In this document: positions 33,001 through 41,774 of the stretch, piece after piece
Numbering within the stretch: the stretch's first letter is position 1
Layout of the letters: the number at the start of each line of letters is the position of its first letter
Assembly: GCA_963737655.1 (NCBI GenBank)
Contig: CAVTTN010000002.1
Span: 5,664,001 to 5,728,000, forward strand
DNA from: an uncultured Planctomycetota bacterium
Lineage (GTDB): Bacteria > Planctomycetota > Planctomycetia > Isosphaerales > Isosphaeraceae
Length of the DNA stretch: 64,000 nt
Reading direction: 5' to 3'
The notes under the pieces: model-generated
What the model saw: only the letters and a program-made list of their open reading frames with translations
Told to the model about the DNA's origin: nothing
Database searches by the model: none
Made by a program: the position numbers and the translations under genes

Positions 33001-33772
33001 CGACGGCCGGCTCCCACGTCGCGTGGACCTCCAGGACGTAGGTCCCCTCCACCTTCGGCATGAGGATCGGGACGACGGCCCCCGAGGGGCGGCCTCCGTT
33101 GGTGGCGACGGCCTCCCGGCGAGGCGGCAAGGTCCAGACCGGCTCGCCGCCCCGGGCGGGCCGGAGCTCGGCCCAGTAGCGGAGCGCGACCTCCCCGGGC
33201 TCGGGCAACAGGACGTTGAACCCCAGGGTCGCCGAGATCGACCCGCCCGGAGGCGCGGTGCCGTCGCCGGCCAGGCGGACCTCCAGGGAATCCCAGGCCA
33301 GCCTCTCCACGGTGATCGGCGTCGAGACAGCCTGGGCGGTCCGTTGAGGGGCCTCCAGCAGGGGAAGGACGGGGAACTCGGTGACGATCCCGCCGGCCCG
33401 GACCAGGAGAGTGGCCGAGAGCGGGACTTCCAGACGGACCCGGGCCGAGCCCGACGGCCCTCCCCCGAGCGTCCACGAGCGCTCGGGCCGGGATCGGGGC
33501 GGGATGGGGGAATCGGGCCGGCCCTGGACGTCGATCACCCGGCCGTCGGTGACTTCGAGGTCGACGGAGGCGGCGGCGTTGGCGGGGTCGATCGGCAAGG
33601 TGGGCAAGCTGGGATCGCCCCAGGTGACTTCCACGGTCAGGCGGACCTGGGGATCGGCGGACCCCCGAGGACTGGGTCGGGGCGCGGCGGCCCGGGAGGC
33701 CGTCACCATCGCCAGGGCGAGGACGGCCGCCCCGAAACCGAGGATCTTCGCCTGGCGCAGTCCTTTGCGCAT
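30011..33772 (-). CDS. large secreted protein, possible glycoside-hydrolase-like (GHL10-like) barrel plus C-terminal carbohydrate-binding-like domain
   Basis: Signal peptide, YQPL..EVR, GLDD.TF.RF, WLDWRA, NPGFE...GW, LWIDDV. Confidence 0.55.
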   Translation of the reverse strand: MRKGLRQAKILGFGAAVLALAMVTASRAAAPRPSPRGSADPQVRLTVEVTWGDPSLPTLPIDPANAAASVDLEVTDGRVIDVQGRPDSPIPPRSRPERSWTLGGGPSGSARVRLEVPLSATLLVRAGGIVTEFPVLPLLEAPQRTAQAVSTPITVERLAWDSLEVRLAGDGTAPPGGSISATLGFNVLLPEPGEVALRYWAELRPARGGEPVWTLPPRREAVATNGGRPSGAVVPILMPKVEGTYVLEVHATWEPAVGTEGSRLARLLKRRRNPLPSSASRKVSLAVVGPKGPLPTTPKGADSVADSVDLSRSRAFRPLAGGRTPAMGGPASPWIVPQEIEAPRPGLLRGWMTRAATEAGTLGPADASGLAWSALPMKVEHPGRPHRLSVSVASGSPGDLAVALVVPASGGDRARTLLDASASGPAVAEGAAPLAFSWPVWPDSGEVVVVLVNRSEKGAVKLGTIELRETAADPAPSAPSDTHPDASRALTLHLAAPGALDRFGGAVSGGPDDSFARSRNLAVYLAHCGATAVVLPEDLADRERRSALEGQAHEDSTGPDRLDLALRLLARSGISAFLETRLDGPLAGLPAPESPEALARGLVRQDRSGRADGPAYQPLRGEVREAIKARLVAAIGPRGAHPNLSGLLVRLGPGATLPGGPEAGLDDATFARFVREAFPPGDSAKIPGQDASDPSRFAARWRFVTGPGRQGWLDWRADAVGKLYADLGSAVRQASPGASLCVVTPGLDDGPAGIEARKADRAGLSPRHAWTAVGLDLDRWPVEPGGPIVLRGASLSTDDLGHDLATSDDLDAPVASRPGRGAFLGPGSPGSPGAVRLTARPIASGPSGDELFGHALAVLDARLVVVDGSAASGQEDRLSRFARVFRALPSAAAPPAPRLDSGVAVRSAVRNGKTYVAMANDTPYTVLLESTLLAPNDAPVDDLGRRQRLNPAASPNGGRSLVLELPPFGVAAVRIGSPTAQVEPIGPFLPSGRDLEAQYERLSARLGRLAKGGMALGSGPLNPGFEAAPGPRIVPVVETRPARPASSAPPGWLAEGDPQNSLAIDADNPHSGRSALKLDARALPAGAASLPFAPPGGRTMTLHAWFRADRPDSAIRVWLEGDAAGAPFSRHADGSAGLEWAEVRLQAPELPLGGLDHARLRFEKLAAGTLWIDDVGISGDGPSEPARRAQVVLTAALHAYREKRYADFARLAGSHWARQIEDAEAAALAAERPPGPIRTGNAATEGPAGRRLR

Positions 33773-34185
33773 GCGGAATGCCGTGGCCCTTCCTTCGCTC
33801 CGGTCGTCGTCGCGTCCGTGCGACCGGGGGATCTCACCCGAACGTCGCGATCCGGGCAATCCCGAGAATCCGGTTTTCTCTCCTTATCGTCGGTCGGAGG
33901 GGGCCCGGGCCTTCAACTTTTCCCGAAATGCCATCCGGAAGGCATGCGATTCGTGGTAAGTTGTGACGCCCCCGACCGGCCGACCGAACTTCGGGCGTCG
34001 TCGTTCGTACAGGGGAGAGAGAACGGCTCGTCCGGTCCGCCAACCGGGCAAATTGGGGCAAGATCGGGGGGGCTTCGGGTCGAAATCGATCCCCAGGCCC
34101 CCGCGAGGCGAGAGCGGATCGCGCGGCGATCCGAACTTCGACGAGGGCGGCCCGGCGGCCCCGCCCGAGGAAGAGGGTCCTTGAG

Positions 34186-35007
34186 ATGCTTCGAGTCTTC
34201 GGATGGGTGCTGGCCCTGGCGACTCACGGCCACGACGCCCTGGAGCCGACCGACCGGCTGGCCCCCCCCGGCTGGGTCGGCAACCCGTGGGGCCCGGCGG
34301 CCACGGAGATGAGGAAGGCCGGCTCCCTGCCGCCGATCCCCATGACCCCGCTGATGACCCAGTGGGATCAGTGGGGCAAGACCGTCTTGCGCAACGGCGA
34401 CATCGTGTTCCGTCGCGGCGATGCCCGGCTCCTGATGGGCTTCTTCCCGTTCAGCCGATGGCTGGCCCGGGCCAGCGGCAGCCAGTATTCGCACACCGGG
34501 ATCGTCTCGATCGAGGACGGCGGCCCGGTCGTGTACGACACGACCCATTCCGGCGTCCGCCGCCAGCCGTTCTGCGTCTGGATCCTGGACAACGTCGGCC
34601 CGATGGGCGTCAAGAGGCTCAAGCCGGCCTATCAGAACCACGTCCCGGCGGTCCTGGCCGCCTGCCAGAAGCTCTTCGCCCAGCAGCCGCCGTTCGACTT
34701 CGAGCTCGACCCGGACGACTCGGCGTTCTATTGCCTGGAGATGACCGAGAAATGCTTCCGGGCCGCCGGCCTGACGCTGTCCCAGCCGGTCCGGATCGGC
34801 GACTTCGAGAACATCCACCGCTACCCGATCATCGTCGTGGTCTTCCAGAACCTGACGGTCTGGAGCCTCAAGCACCCGCTGACCCTGGAGCAGGCCGTCT
34901 TCCTCCCCGGCAACGAGAGGCACGGCATCTGGGCCTCGCCGATGCTGGAGACGATCTACCCGCCGACCCCGGTGGCCAACTCCTCGCCCTCCGGCGCGAG
35001 GCATTGA
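34186..35007 (+). CDS. YiiX/YaeF permuted papain-like (C92) enzyme
   Basis: LRNGDIVFRRG, YSHTGI, PFDF...FYCLE. Confidence 0.85.
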   Translation: MLRVFGWVLALATHGHDALEPTDRLAPPGWVGNPWGPAATEMRKAGSLPPIPMTPLMTQWDQWGKTVLRNGDIVFRRGDARLLMGFFPFSRWLARASGSQYSHTGIVSIEDGGPVVYDTTHSGVRRQPFCVWILDNVGPMGVKRLKPAYQNHVPAVLAACQKLFAQQPPFDFELDPDDSAFYCLEMTEKCFRAAGLTLSQPVRIGDFENIHRYPIIVVVFQNLTVWSLKHPLTLEQAVFLPGNERHGIWASPMLETIYPPTPVANSSPSGARH

Positions 35008-35150
35008 GGCGAGCCGCGTCCCCGCCCGATTCTTCATCTGCCCTTGATCGTTTCGTCGAGGATGACCATAGTGCCTGGCCGTCTCCTCGGAGAGGGCCCG
35101 CCCCGCCGGGATTCCCCTCCGGGGTCGCCACGTCGGCGAGAGCGCATGTC

Positions 35151-36233
35151 ATGGCTCGAATCGGCCGATTCCCCCCCTGGATCGCCTGCCTCGCGCTGTT
35201 CTTGGCCTGGATCGGGAGCGCCCCGGCCCGGGGCGGCGACCTCCCCTCGCCCGTCTATCCTCACGGGACGTTCTCGGCCCAGTCCTTCGGCACGGGGGCG
35301 CGGTCGTACTGGATCTTCGAGCCGGCCGACCCCGTCCCCGAGACCGCGCCGGTCGTGGTGTTCCATCACGGCTGGCTGGCGGTCAACCCGGGGGTTTACG
35401 GGGCCTGGATCGAGCACCTCGCCCGGAGCGGGCGGGTCGTGATCTTCCCGAGATATCAGACCGATTGGTCCACCCGGCCCAGCGAGTTCCTGCCCAACGC
35501 GATCGCGGCGGTCCGGGACGCCCTGGACGTCCTGGAGACGGCCCCGAGGCACGTCCGGCCGGATCTCCACCGGTTCGCCCTGATCGGGCATTCGGCCGGG
35601 GGGAACCTCTCGGCGCAGATGGCGGCGGTCGCGGCCGAGGAGGGCCTGCCCGAGGCCCGGGCGATCGTGGCGATGTTCCCCGGCGAGGTCAAGCCGCTCC
35701 ACGAGCCCGACCTGGCGAAGATCCCGGCCCGGACGCTCCTCCTCGTCGCCGCGGCCGACGCCGACCTGATCGTCGGCGACTGCCGGGCCCGCGAGATCTA
35801 CGCCGAGGCCGCCGCGATCCCGCCCTCCCACAAGGAATTCCTGCTCTATCGGAGCTGCCGCAACGGCCCGATCCCGCTGGTGGCCGACCACCTCGCCCCG
35901 ACGGCCGGGCTGACCCGGCTGGACAGCGGCGAAGGGCTGTTCCGCACCAAGCAGATGAACCGGGCCACCGTCGATATCCTCGACCGCTTCGGCTTCTGGA
36001 GGGCCGCCGACCTGACCATCGCCGCCGGCTTCGCCGGGCTCTCGCTGGACGAGGCCACGGCCGGAGGCGCCCTGTTCCGCGACCTCGGCCGATGGGGCGA
36101 CGGCACCGCCGTGACCCCGCCCCTCTCCGGGGACGACCTGGCCATCATCCCCCGGGTCCTGCCCACCAACGGCGTGAGGCTGATCCCCTGGAGCCCCGAC
36201 GAGTTCCGCCGGATGCTCTTCGAGAGGCCGTGA
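35151..36233 (+). CDS. secreted alpha/beta hydrolase (chlorophyllase-like)
   Basis: PVVVFHHGW, GHSAGG, DH. Confidence 0.8.
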   Translation: MARIGRFPPWIACLALFLAWIGSAPARGGDLPSPVYPHGTFSAQSFGTGARSYWIFEPADPVPETAPVVVFHHGWLAVNPGVYGAWIEHLARSGRVVIFPRYQTDWSTRPSEFLPNAIAAVRDALDVLETAPRHVRPDLHRFALIGHSAGGNLSAQMAAVAAEEGLPEARAIVAMFPGEVKPLHEPDLAKIPARTLLLVAAADADLIVGDCRAREIYAEAAAIPPSHKEFLLYRSCRNGPIPLVADHLAPTAGLTRLDSGEGLFRTKQMNRATVDILDRFGFWRAADLTIAAGFAGLSLDEATAGGALFRDLGRWGDGTAVTPPLSGDDLAIIPRVLPTNGVRLIPWSPDEFRRMLFERP

Positions 36234-36398
36234 GGGGCGGCCTTTGCAACGGCGAGCGGCGATGATTTCCGGGGACGTCGCTCAGGAGAACTTGCCGAGC
36301 GAATCCCACGGGAGCATACTTGCAGTAAGTTCGGCGACAACGCCACCTCGGGGAAAGTCGCGCAAACGGGGCCCGCGGCCTTCGGAGGAACGACGACC

Positions 36399-36869
36399 GT
36401 GGCCAAGGCCGAGAAGCCAAAGGTGGGATGGGACGTGAGCCGGGCGGTCGTGCACATCAAGGCGACGTCGAGCGGCACCACCGTGACGATCACGGGCCCG
36501 AACGGCAAGGCCCTGTGCCGGGCGTCTAGCGGGACGGCCGGGTTCAAGGAGAGCCGCAAGAGCACCCCGTTCGCCGCCCAGAGGGCCGCCGAGACCGCCG
36601 CCTCCTCGGCCACGAAGTGCGGCGTGAGGGAAGTCGAGGTCAAGCTCGAGGGACCCGGCTCCGGGCGAGAGAGCGCGGTCACCGCCCTCCGAACCTCGGG
36701 CCTGTCGATCAAGGCCATCGAGGAATCGGATCAGGCCATGATCGAGCCGAGGATGCGTCGCATCCAGCAGCCCATCAAGCTCGGCAAGATCACGCGAAGG
36801 CAGGCGGACGAGGCGGTCAGGACGGTGCTCAGGCGGAGAGCGCAGGGCGGGACAACTCCCCTCAGTTAG
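36399..36869 (+). CDS. rpsK: divergent stand-alone 30S ribosomal protein S11 paralogue with a non-canonical C-terminus
   Basis: VHIKAT...TITGPNG...SSG..GFKESRKSTPFAAQRAAE...GPGSGRESA. It lacks the DVTPxPHNGCRPPKxRRV tail and has no rpsM/rpsD/rpoA neighbours. Confidence 0.85.
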   Translation: MAKAEKPKVGWDVSRAVVHIKATSSGTTVTITGPNGKALCRASSGTAGFKESRKSTPFAAQRAAETAASSATKCGVREVEVKLEGPGSGRESAVTALRTSGLSIKAIEESDQAMIEPRMRRIQQPIKLGKITRRQADEAVRTVLRRRAQGGTTPLS

Positions 36870-36881
36870 CCCTTCGAGGGG

Positions 36882-37511
36882 ATGGATGTGAAGTCAGTCC
36901 AACGCCATGATCACGTCTTTATCAACTGCCCTTTTGACACGGAGTATCGGCCACTCTTCGAGGCCATCGTCTTCGCGGTTCATGATTGCCGATACGTGGC
37001 CCGATGTGCTCTGGAGGTCGACGACGCGAGTCAGGTGCGGATCGAGAAGATCTCGCAGATCATCGCCGAATGCCGCCTGGGCATCCACGATATCTCGCGG
37101 ACCGAGCCGGACGTGGCTTCCGGCCTCCCTCGGTTCAATATGCCCCTGGAACTTGGGCTGTTCCTGGGGGCGAAGAGGTTTGGTCCGGGAGCGCAGAAGA
37201 GGAAGAGCTGTCTCGTCCTGGATCGGGAGCGATATCGCTTCCAGAAATTCTGCTCCGACATCGCCGGGCAAGACATCTCCGCTCATCGCGGCGACCGCCG
37301 AGCGGCCGTGAAGATCGTCCGGGACCGGCTTCGCGGCGCGGCTCGACGTTCGCTGGGCGAGATCCCGGGCGGCTCGGCGGTCGCCGACCGTTACGAGGCG
37401 TTTCGAGACGTCTTGCCCGAACTCTGCGTCCAGGCCCAACTCGACGAATCGGAATTGATTTTCGTCGAATATGTCACGCTCGTCGTTGCCTGGTTGGAGC
37501 AGAACGCCTGA
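36882..37511 (+). CDS. nucleoside-2-deoxyribosyltransferase/TIR-like hypothetical protein (PRFNMPLELG family)
   Basis: VFINCPFD, IHDIS, PRFNMPLELG, SDIAGQD; visibly weaker GC3 bias than neighbouring genes. Confidence 0.7.
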   Translation: MDVKSVQRHDHVFINCPFDTEYRPLFEAIVFAVHDCRYVARCALEVDDASQVRIEKISQIIAECRLGIHDISRTEPDVASGLPRFNMPLELGLFLGAKRFGPGAQKRKSCLVLDRERYRFQKFCSDIAGQDISAHRGDRRAAVKIVRDRLRGAARRSLGEIPGGSAVADRYEAFRDVLPELCVQAQLDESELIFVEYVTLVVAWLEQNA

Positions 37512-37525
37512 GGAATCGGTCGCCC

Positions 37526-39456
37526 TCACCCCGCCCATCGGCCGTTGCCGGCGGCGGCCTCGGGGAGGATGCCGACGGTCCGGGCGAGTTCGAGGGCCGC
37601 GTTGGTGACGCCCTCGACGTCCAGGCCGACCTCGGCGAGCTGCTCGTCTCGCTCGGCGTGCAGGACGAAGCGGTCGGGCAGGCCGAGCCGGCGGACGTGG
37701 GCCGTGGGCAGGCCGGCGTCGTTGGCCGCTTCCAGGACCGCCGAGCCGTAGCCGCCGGCCAGGCAGCCCTCCTCGACCGTCAGGACGAACCCGCATTCCT
37801 CGATCGCCTTGAGCGTCGTCGCCCGGTCGATCGGCTTGATGAACCGGGCGTTCACGACGCCGACCCTCAGGCCGTGCTCGGCCCTCAGCGCCTCGGCGGC
37901 CCTCAGGCAGGTGCCGACGGTCGTCCCGGCGGCGAGGAACATGCCGTCGGTCTCCCATTCGAGGATCTCGGCCTGGCCCAGCTCGATCGGCTGGGGCTCG
38001 CGGTCGATCGTCTCCAGCCCGGCCCGGGGGTAGCGGATCGACACCGGAGACGTGTGATTCAGGGCGAATTCCAGCATCGGCGCGATGTCCTTCTCGTCGC
38101 CGGGGGCCGTCACGACCATGTTGGGGAAGATCCGCATGTAGGCGAGATCATACGTCCCATGGTGGGTCGGCCCGTCGGCGCCGACCAGGCCGGCGCGGTC
38201 GATCAGGAAGGTGACGGGGAGGTCCTGGAGGGCGACTTCCTGGAAGATGTGGTCGAAGGAGCGCTGGAGGAACGTGCTGTAGATGTCCACCACGGGCCGG
38301 GCCCCGGCCTTGGCCATCCCCCCGGCGAAGGCCACGGCGTGCCCCTCGCAGATGCCGACGTCGAAGAAGCGGTCGGCGAAGTCCTCGCGGATCTTCTGGA
38401 GCTTGTTCCCCTCGCACATCGCGGCCGTGAGGACGGCGACCTTCGGGTCGCGGACCATCGCCTCGTGCAGGGCGGCGCTCACGGCGTCGGTGTATGCCTT
38501 GGTGGAGGAGGTCTTCAGGGGGATGATGCCGCTGTCGGAGCTCTGGAACGGCGCCGGGGCGTGGAACTTCACCGGGTCCTTCATCGCCGGCGCGAAGCCG
38601 TGGCCCTTGTCCGTGAGGACGTGGAGGAGGATCGGCCCCTCCATCGCCTTGACCTTCGTCAGGTACGTGCGCAGGGTCTTGAGGTCGTGGCCGTCGATCG
38701 GGCCGATGTAGGTGAAGCCCAGGTCCTCGAAGAGCATCCCGCCGTGGAGGCTGGCCTTGACCGCGTCCTTGAACTGCTGGAGCCAGCGGTCGGCCTGCTC
38801 GCCCACCAGGGGGATCTGCGGCAGGAGCTTGCGCACCCTCTTGTTCAGGTCATTGTACATCGGGGCCATGCGGCACTTGTCGAAGTAGTACGCCAGGCCG
38901 CCGACCCTCGGGCAGATGGACATCTTGTTGTCGTTCAGGACGACGAGGAACTTCTTGCGCAAGCCCCCGGCGTTGTTCAGGGCCTCGAAGACGACGCCCG
39001 AGGGGAACGCGCCGTCGCCGATCACGGCGACGCTGTGGCGCTCGGGGTGGCCCATCAGGTCGTCGCCGGCCTTCAGGCCCAGGGCCGTGGAGGGGCGCAG
39101 CCGGCGTGGCCGGTCATGAACAGGTCGAACTCGCTCTCGCTCGGGTTGGGGTAGCCCATCAGGCCCCCCTTGGTGCGGATCGTGTGGAGGCGGTCGGCCC
39201 GGCCGGTGATCAGCTTGTGGGGGTAGATCTGGTGGCCGGTGTCCCAGATGATCCGGTCCTTCGAGAAGTCGAAGGAGAGGTGCAAGGCCAGGCAGAGCTC
39301 GACGACGCCGAGGTTGCTGGCGAAGTGGGCGGCCCGGCGGCCGACGACGCCGATCAGCTCGTCGCGCATCTCCCCGGCGAGCTGCACGAGTTCCGTCTCG
39401 GAGAGCCCCAGCAAATCGGCCGGGGAGCCGATCCGGGGTAGCAGAGCGCTGCTCAT
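37526..39456 (-). CDS. dxs: 1-deoxy-D-xylulose-5-phosphate synthase; frameshift near 39093
   Basis: HFASNLGVVEL, WDTGHQIYPHK, GDGA...EALNNAG, GPIDGHD, FDVGICE, DGPTHHG. Confidence 0.96.
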
Positions 39457-40375
39457 CAGCGGTCCCTTTCCAAAAGATCCAGGGCCAGGGCCTTCAGGCG
39501 GGCCCCCCGATCGCCGAACGGCCCGAGGGCGGCCGTGGCCTCGTCGGCGAGCTGGCGGGCCTTGCTCCGGCTGCCCTCCTCGCCGAGGAAGCCGGGATAC
39601 GTCCACTTGCCCAGGCCCGAGTCCTTGCCCACCCTCTTGCCCAGCTTCGCCTCGTCCCCATGGACGTCCAGCAAGTCATCGACGATCTGGAACGCCAGGC
39701 CGACGGCCCGGCCATACACATCGAGAGCGGCCGTCTGGGCCTCGGAGGCCCCGGCGACCGCCGCGCCCATCCTCAGAGACGCCCGGAGCAGCGCCCCGGT
39801 CTTCCTGCGATGGATCGCTTCGAGGGCCTCGACCGTGCCGTCGGTCCGCCCCTCGGCCTGGAGGTCGGCCATCTGGCCGCCGACCATGCCCTCGGGCCCG
39901 AGCCCTCGGCCAGGGCCAGGACGCACCGGGCCGCGGCCTCGGGCGGGCGAGTGTACCGGACGATCGTCTCGAACGCCAGGGTCAGCAGGCCGTCGCCGGC
40001 GAGGATCGCCGCCGCCTCGTCGAACGCCTTGTGGCAGGTCGGCCGACCTCGCCGGAGGTCGTCGTCGTCCATCGCCGGAAGGTCGTCGTGGATCAGGGAA
40101 TACGTGTGGACCATCTCGACGGCGCAGGCCGCCGGCAGCGCCGATTCGGGGTCGCCCCCGCACGCCTCGGCCGCCATCAGGACGAGGATCGGCCGCAATC
40201 GCTTGCCGCCGCCGAGCAGGCTGTACCTCATGGCCGAGGCCAGCCGGGGCGGGCAATCGGCCGAGGGGTCGTCCTCGACCGGCAGGAACCGGGCGAGGGC
40301 CGCCTCGACGCGTCCCCGGGAATCCCGGAGGAACGCGGCCAGCGGAGCGGACTCGATCGTGTCGGAAGTCGTCAT
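39456..40375 (-). CDS. ispA: geranyl/farnesyl diphosphate synthase; frameshift near 39896
   Basis: [39 protein letters not shown]...TYP; TGATG-coupled to dxs. Confidence 0.94.
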
Positions 40376-40576
40376 GGGCGGAGGGGTTCGGTCGAGCGTC
40401 CGCGAAGGCGCGGTCGGGCATCCAGGCCCGACGGTCGGGCGGAGTCGCCAGGGGCGGACGGACTCGGTCCATCGCGAGGCTATTGTGGACATTTCCCGAG
40501 GGAAAGTCCATGCGGGTCCGGCCATTCCGCCGGGGCGGTCCTGGTCGGGGGTTTAGCTCGCGAACCTGGAGTTTTC

Positions 40577-40719
40577 GGGCGCCCCCGGTTCTCGAACCGG
40601 GGTCGCGGAGCGACAAGAAGCCGAAACGCCAGCAACGCGACCCGATCGACGGGCCTCTTGCGGCTGCGCCGCCCCGGTTCGAGAACCGGGGCCACCCAGA
40701 ATCCGAACCGGGGGCACCC
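40577..40719. repeat. GGGTG-type REP doublet (CCCCGGTTCTCGAACCGGGG) plus a partial third copy
   Basis: 40577-40602 and inverted copy 40672-40697; remnant CGAACCGGGGGCACCC at ~40704-40719. Confidence 0.75.
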
Positions 40720-40732
40720 GGGACGAGGTCGC

Positions 40733-41677
40733 TCATCCCTCCCGTTTCGTCCCCGCCACGTTCACCCCGCTCCCGATGATCCCATCGTGGCGATAGGCCC
40801 AATCGTAGATCCGGCCGGCCTTCGCCGGCGCCAGCTCCACGAGGTCGTCGAATCCTTCCTCGCGGAACCAGGTTTTCAGCTCCTCGACGGTGTGATGCGA
40901 TTGATAGCGGGGGGCGTACCAGTCGAAGTTGTCGCAGACGCGGAGGGTCCAGTCGGGGTGGTTGGAGAAGTTCGCGAGCTTGTTCAGCGTCTTGTTCAGG
41001 ACGGGGACGCTCCCGAGCACCCCGAGCCCGGCGCAGAGGCGTTCGAGAAGCCGGGGGGGCATCCTCGTGGTGATCGCGCGGAGGCCCGAATTCAGCCATT
41101 CTTGCGGGGGGGTGTTGCGGCGGTAGAGCCAGACGGCCAGCCTGCCCCCGGGCCGCACCCGGGCCGCCACCCGGGCGAACGCCCGCCTCGGGTCGGGGCT
41201 GTGGTGCAGGACCCCGATCGAGAACGCGACGTCGAACGCCGATTCGGCCGCCGGGAGGTCGAGCAGGTCGGCCTGGGCGATCGTCACCGTCGGCAAATCC
41301 GAGCAGAGGGACGCCGCCTTCTCGACGGCCTCGCTGAGGTCCACCCCGAGGACCTTCGCGCCGACGCTCCCGAGCAACCGGGCATACCGGCCTCCTCCGC
41401 ATCCGGCGTCCAGGACGAGCTTGCCGGCGAGGTCGGCCGGCTTAAGGCCGGTCTTGACGAGGAAGACGGCGGCATCTTCCTCGGGACGGGCCACGTCGTA
41501 GCGGTTCCACTGCCGGCCGAAGCTCTCGACATACGATTCCCCGGCCAGGCGAGGCACCCCGCCGACGATCGGGAAGGTCGAGCCGCAGGAGGAGCACGCG
41601 AGCCGTTCCGCCGAGGCCTCGGCGAAGCGGCCCCGGCACTTCGGGCATCTCAGGAGGGCGAGCAGCTCGGGATTCAT
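40733..41677 (-). CDS. class I SAM-dependent methyltransferase with N-terminal Trm112-like Cys motif
   Basis: LRCPKC...CSSC..FPIVGGVPR, VLDAGCGGG, GVLHH. Confidence 0.9.
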   Translation of the reverse strand: MNPELLALLRCPKCRGRFAEASAERLACSSCGSTFPIVGGVPRLAGESYVESFGRQWNRYDVARPEEDAAVFLVKTGLKPADLAGKLVLDAGCGGGRYARLLGSVGAKVLGVDLSEAVEKAASLCSDLPTVTIAQADLLDLPAAESAFDVAFSIGVLHHSPDPRRAFARVAARVRPGGRLAVWLYRRNTPPQEWLNSGLRAITTRMPPRLLERLCAGLGVLGSVPVLNKTLNKLANFSNHPDWTLRVCDNFDWYAPRYQSHHTVEELKTWFREEGFDDLVELAPAKAGRIYDWAYRHDGIIGSGVNVAGTKREG

Positions 41678-41774
41678 GGCGATCCAGGCGCGGAGAGTTC
41701 GCGACGGATCACGGTTCGTCCGTCTCTTCGTCTCCAGTATACTGGGCGATCGTCGCGGAGAGGGGGTGGGGGAC

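Noticed and set aside
33884..33920. sigma28-like promoter (TGAAG...GACGATAA) on the minus strand
   Set aside because: The spacer is too long for a canonical FliA promoter.
36340..36398. rpsM (S13) 3' remnant upstream of the S11 paralogue
   Set aside because: Only a weak RKRGPR resemblance, which is not supportable.
37526..40375. dxs and ispA as pseudogenes or programmed frameshifts
   Set aside because: Each break is a single missing base in a G/C run in an otherwise intact essential gene. Similar indels recur across the window (~292, 525, 10395, 25150, 45740, 47520, 48395, 50585, 50922, 57200), which is typical of long-read assembly error.
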